Assembly: GCF_051097895.1 (NCBI RefSeq) | Contig: NZ_CP142525.1 | Coordinates: 630,001-662,000 of the forward strand | Direction: 5' to 3' | DNA length: 32,000 bases | Source: Psychrobacter sp. HD31 | GTDB taxonomy: Bacteria; Pseudomonadota; Gammaproteobacteria; Pseudomonadales; Moraxellaceae | Part shown: in pieces, positions 28,867 through 32,000 of the stretch | Layout of the letters: every line of letters begins with the position of its first letter | How positions within the stretch are numbered: position 1 is the stretch's first letter | Program-made: the position numbers and the translations under genes | The notes under the pieces: model-generated | What the model was told of the DNA's origin: nothing | The model's input: the letters and a program-made list of their open reading frames with translations, nothing else | The model's database searches: none

Positions 28867-28988
28867 GCAAATAACAAGTCATCGTTTTAATACGCTATAG
28901 TTAATCACCATTAAGGTTTATAATACCCTTTAATATTAATTGATAAGTATATAGTTCCATAAAAAATTGAAATAAAATTGAGATAAAT

Positions 28989-30170
28989 ATGCATATTCCC
29001 TATTGTTTACCTAACAACATAAGCCCAAAAGATTTTTTAGAAAACTATTGGCAAAAAAAACCATTACTCATTAAAAATGGACTACCGCAACTCATAGATA
29101 TATTCGAACCAGAAGATATTTTGGGGCTTGCACTAGAAGATGAGGTTTCATCTCGCCTAATTACACAAACACCAAAACAAAACATTAAAGAACCTGTGTT
29201 AGAAAGCCATTTTAACTGGACATTAAAAAATAGCCCCTTAACAGAAGCTGACTTTAGTCACCTGCCACCATTATGGACAACGCTTGTACAAAACCTTGAG
29301 CAATGGTCACCCGACCTTGCTAGCTTGTGGCAAGCATTTGATTTTATCCCACAATGGCAAAGAGACGATATTATGGTTTCTTATGCACCCGTGGGTGGCT
29401 CTGTCGGTAAACATTATGATGATTACGATGTGTTTTTAGCACAAGGTTATGGTCACAGACGTTGGCAATTGGGTAAGTATTGTGATGAAAATACCGAATT
29501 TGTTGCCAATCAACCGATTAGAATTTTTGATGACATGGGTGACATTATTTTTGATGAAGTGTTAGAACCTGGTGATGTGCTTTATGTGCCTCCCAAACTA
29601 TCACATTTTGGCGTTGCACAAGATGATTGCTTAACTTTTTCTTTTGGGTTTAGACGACCCAATATCATGCAAATTTTAGATAGCCTTGCAGATGTTGCCA
29701 CCAGTGAACCAAGTATTTTTACACCCATGTTACTTGAACAAAACTTACAGCCTTCTGGAGCGTTAAAAAAGGACAGTATCAATCATATTAAATCTCAACT
29801 AATTGAATTACTAAACTCCCCTATTGGAGATGATCTATTAACACAATCGGTGGCAGAATCCGTTAGTAAACGACAATATGATATTTTAATACCGGAAGAA
29901 ACCTTAAATGCAGATGATGTGATGGCACAACTGCAAGCTGGCGCAACATTAAAAATTGATTATAACAGCCGTTTAATCTATTCAACAACAAATGACATCA
30001 TCACCATATACGCCAATGGGCAAGAGTTAACTGATTTATCAGCAAATCAAATAAGCCTACTACAACAATTAGCAGATGGCTGTTGTTTAGGCTATCAACA
30101 ACTTAATGACATGGATAAACTAACCATTATGGAATGGCTAGAAAATGGCTGGGTATGGTTGGATTTTTAG
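28989..30170 (+). CDS. roxA: JmjC/cupin ribosomal-protein uL16 arginine hydroxylase (YcfD/RoxA-like)
   Basis: 393 aa. FLENYWQKKPLLIKN, GGSVGKHYDDYDVFLAQGYGHRRWQLG and GDVLYVPPKLSHFG are colinear with E. coli YcfD motifs (HxD...H iron triad). Confidence 0.8.
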   Translation: MHIPYCLPNNISPKDFLENYWQKKPLLIKNGLPQLIDIFEPEDILGLALEDEVSSRLITQTPKQNIKEPVLESHFNWTLKNSPLTEADFSHLPPLWTTLVQNLEQWSPDLASLWQAFDFIPQWQRDDIMVSYAPVGGSVGKHYDDYDVFLAQGYGHRRWQLGKYCDENTEFVANQPIRIFDDMGDIIFDEVLEPGDVLYVPPKLSHFGVAQDDCLTFSFGFRRPNIMQILDSLADVATSEPSIFTPMLLEQNLQPSGALKKDSINHIKSQLIELLNSPIGDDLLTQSVAESVSKRQYDILIPEETLNADDVMAQLQAGATLKIDYNSRLIYSTTNDIITIYANGQELTDLSANQISLLQQLADGCCLGYQQLNDMDKLTIMEWLENGWVWLDF

Positions 30171-30221
30171 AAAACTCACTAAAACTAAAGCATAAGCTAC
30201 ATTAATTAACCTTTAATAACC

Positions 30222-30258
30222 AAAAAAAACCGATGTATCATCATACATCGGTTTTTTG
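30222..30258. terminator. Bidirectional terminator between roxA and the DASS permease gene
   Basis: CCGATGTAT (30230-30238) pairs with ATACATCGG (30243-30251) around the loop CATC. It is flanked by A8 and T6. Confidence 0.8.
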
Positions 30259-30276
30259 CTCAAAACATGCTGGATA

Positions 30277-31698
30277 TTACACCAAGAAGAAATAAGCCCA
30301 TAAGCCAACAATAACCATAGAGATAATGTTTAAAACAATACCAATACGTAACATTTCTCGTTGCTTAATTAAGCCTGTACCAAAAACAATGGCATTTGGT
30401 GGTGTTGCAACTGGCAACATAAATGCACACGATGCACCAATACCAATAATCAGTACAAGAACTTCTTGCGGTAAGCCCATTTCAGTTGCAATTGCTGCAA
30501 ATACAGGTACTAGCAAAGCTGCAGACGCCGTGTTTGAAGCAAACTCGGTTAAGAAGATGATAAAGCCAGCAATTACTAGCATGACCAATAACACTGGTGA
30601 AGTTGACAACATGTTTGCAACAGATTCACCCAATACTTTGGAAGCACCAGAAACTTTTAGAATATTTGACAGTGCAATACCACCACCAAAAAGCATTAAT
30701 ACGCCCCAGTCAGTATTATCCGATACATGTCTCCATTTAGCCAGTCCTAAACCAACCACAGCAACAATAGCACTAAGTGCAATCACCGTATTAAATTTAG
30801 CGATACCACCTAAATACCCACTAATTTGCTTAGAGAAAATCCATAAAAAGGCAGTTGTAATAAATACAATCATAGTTAAAATACGGCTGCGTGTCCAAGG
30901 GATATTATCTGAAGGAGATGCTGTAATTTTTTGACCTAAATTTGGCTTAAGTATGACATACATAGCACCCAATAGTATTGGCATTAATACCAGCATAACT
31001 GGGATACCAAACTTCATCCATTCAGCAAAATCAATACCGAGTGCTTCGGCAGCAATACCGTTAGGAGGCGAACCAATAATAGTACCTAAGCCACCTAAAC
31101 TAGCAGAATAAGCAATACCTAATAATACAAATACAAAAGTACCTCTATCATTTTCTTTGTCAATTTGAGTCAATAAACCTAAACCTAAAGGTAACATCAT
31201 CGCCGCTGTTGCAGTATTAGAAATCCACATAGATAAAAAGGCTGTTACTGCAAAAACTAAAAAAACAGCATTCCCTAACTTACCACCAGACATGCTAATA
31301 AGCTTAAGTGCAATTTTTTTATCTAGCTTTTGCACGTGTAGAGCGGCCGCCAAAGCAAAACCACCCAAAAATAAAAAGATTAAATGGTTGGCAAAGTTTT
31401 TAAGTGACGTAGGTGCATCAATTTCTGGTATGCCCAAAAAAGCACTGATAACAACCACTAATATTGCTGTAATGGTAACGTGCATGGCTTCTGTTAGCCA
31501 TAACGCACCAATAAAAAATAACAATGCCAAACCTTTATTTGCATTAATATCAAAAGGCAGCACTTGATATAGTATCAAGCTAATAATAGCGAAAATTGAT
31601 GTTAAAACTAATCCCTTAACTGTACCTTGAGGAAAGGTAAACTCCTGTAGATCGTCACTTTCATGTACTAAACGATCTTGTGCTGGTTGTTGTGTCAT
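30277..31698 (-). CDS. DASS/SLC13-family anion (di/tricarboxylate or sulfate):Na+ symporter
   Basis: 473 aa, highly hydrophobic with many TM segments. It carries the duplicated SNTA/SNTAS hairpin motifs (MWISNTATAAMM and FASNTASAALL) diagnostic of DASS transporters. GGAGG SD. Confidence 0.8.
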   Translation of the reverse strand: MTQQPAQDRLVHESDDLQEFTFPQGTVKGLVLTSIFAIISLILYQVLPFDINANKGLALLFFIGALWLTEAMHVTITAILVVVISAFLGIPEIDAPTSLKNFANHLIFLFLGGFALAAALHVQKLDKKIALKLISMSGGKLGNAVFLVFAVTAFLSMWISNTATAAMMLPLGLGLLTQIDKENDRGTFVFVLLGIAYSASLGGLGTIIGSPPNGIAAEALGIDFAEWMKFGIPVMLVLMPILLGAMYVILKPNLGQKITASPSDNIPWTRSRILTMIVFITTAFLWIFSKQISGYLGGIAKFNTVIALSAIVAVVGLGLAKWRHVSDNTDWGVLMLFGGGIALSNILKVSGASKVLGESVANMLSTSPVLLVMLVIAGFIIFLTEFASNTASAALLVPVFAAIATEMGLPQEVLVLIIGIGASCAFMLPVATPPNAIVFGTGLIKQREMLRIGIVLNIISMVIVGLWAYFFLV

Positions 31699-31752
31699 TC
31701 AGACCTCCAAAAACTTGTATGACAAGAAATACTTTAGACTGCTTGATATCAG

Positions 31753-31792
31753 TCAGACATTGCCTATGTCTGATAGATGGTGCCATAGGCAA
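31753..31792. other. Two overlapping, mutually exclusive dyads in the leader/promoter of the DASS gene
   Basis: Dyad A is TCAGACAT (31753-31760) with ATGTCTGA (31766-31773). Dyad B is TTGCCTATG (31760-31768) with CATAGGCAA (31784-31792). B's left arm overlaps A's loop and right arm. The pair lies 55-95 nt upstream of the ATG at 31698. Confidence 0.2.
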
Positions 31793-32000
31793 CTATAAAA
31801 ATGTCAGCGGTCATTCCACATTTTGAGTGAAACTTCTTAAAGATAATGCTGAAATAAATAAAGCATAAAAGTTCTATCGTTATTGCTAAATAAAAATTAC
31901 AGAATAGTTACAAATTTTCATAAAAAAGCAACTTAGCAATTCTAGTGGCAAACACTTATTTTTTCAAGGGATTTTGTTAATTGTAAAACCTATTGGAATA

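Noticed and set aside
30326-30934. 202-aa ORF on the + strand inside the DASS permease gene
   Set aside because: It is fully antisense to a motif-supported 473-aa transporter gene and has low-complexity composition (Ala/Thr/Ile/Pro rich). This is a typical shadow ORF.

Overview
This is a low-GC gammaproteobacterial chromosome segment. The gene content suggests Moraxellaceae, but that is only an inference. Most of it is housekeeping. There are two tandem bacterioferritin genes, and a methylcitrate (propionate) locus ordered LysR regulator, prpB, prpC, prpD, acnD on the minus strand. An NRAMP-type transporter, a MipA/OmpV porin-like protein, grxD, ispF, mnmA, purB, roxA (ycfD) and a DASS/SLC13 permease follow.

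Two accessory patches stand out.

(1) About 9.4 kb of unrelated DNA separates acnD from its obligate partner prpF. Its core is a visibly AT-richer two-gene operon at 7316-11151. It encodes an OLD-family ABC-ATPase/TOPRIM nuclease and a UvrD-like SF1 helicase, the architecture of the Gabija (GajA/GajB) anti-phage system. Both proteins are longer than the prototypes as I remember them. I saw no integrase, transposase or tRNA next to the pair. A start-less ORF abuts its 3' end and a GC-rich structured patch lies at its 5' side.

(2) A 2.6 kb zone of gene decay lies between the NRAMP gene and mipA (21.5-24.0 kb). It holds a frameshifted, stop-interrupted YD/RHS-like remnant that ends in a 109-aa C-terminal ORF. 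A membrane-anchored ORF 25 nt downstream looks like an orphan toxin-CT/immunity pair. On the opposite strand is a decayed ORF whose two halves meet at an A AAA AAA slippery tract.

Other points:
- The two bacterioferritin subunits have complementary defects: one keeps the ferroxidase ligands and the other keeps the haem ligand.
- Both the PrpD and the AcnD/PrpF dehydration routes are present.
- prpC, prpD and acnD are each followed by a terminator-like hairpin.
- A perfect 28-bp palindrome sits in the 618-bp prpC-prpD spacer.
- I recognised no CRISPR array, tRNA, rRNA or IS element.

All functional calls come from reading motifs by eye; no database search was possible.
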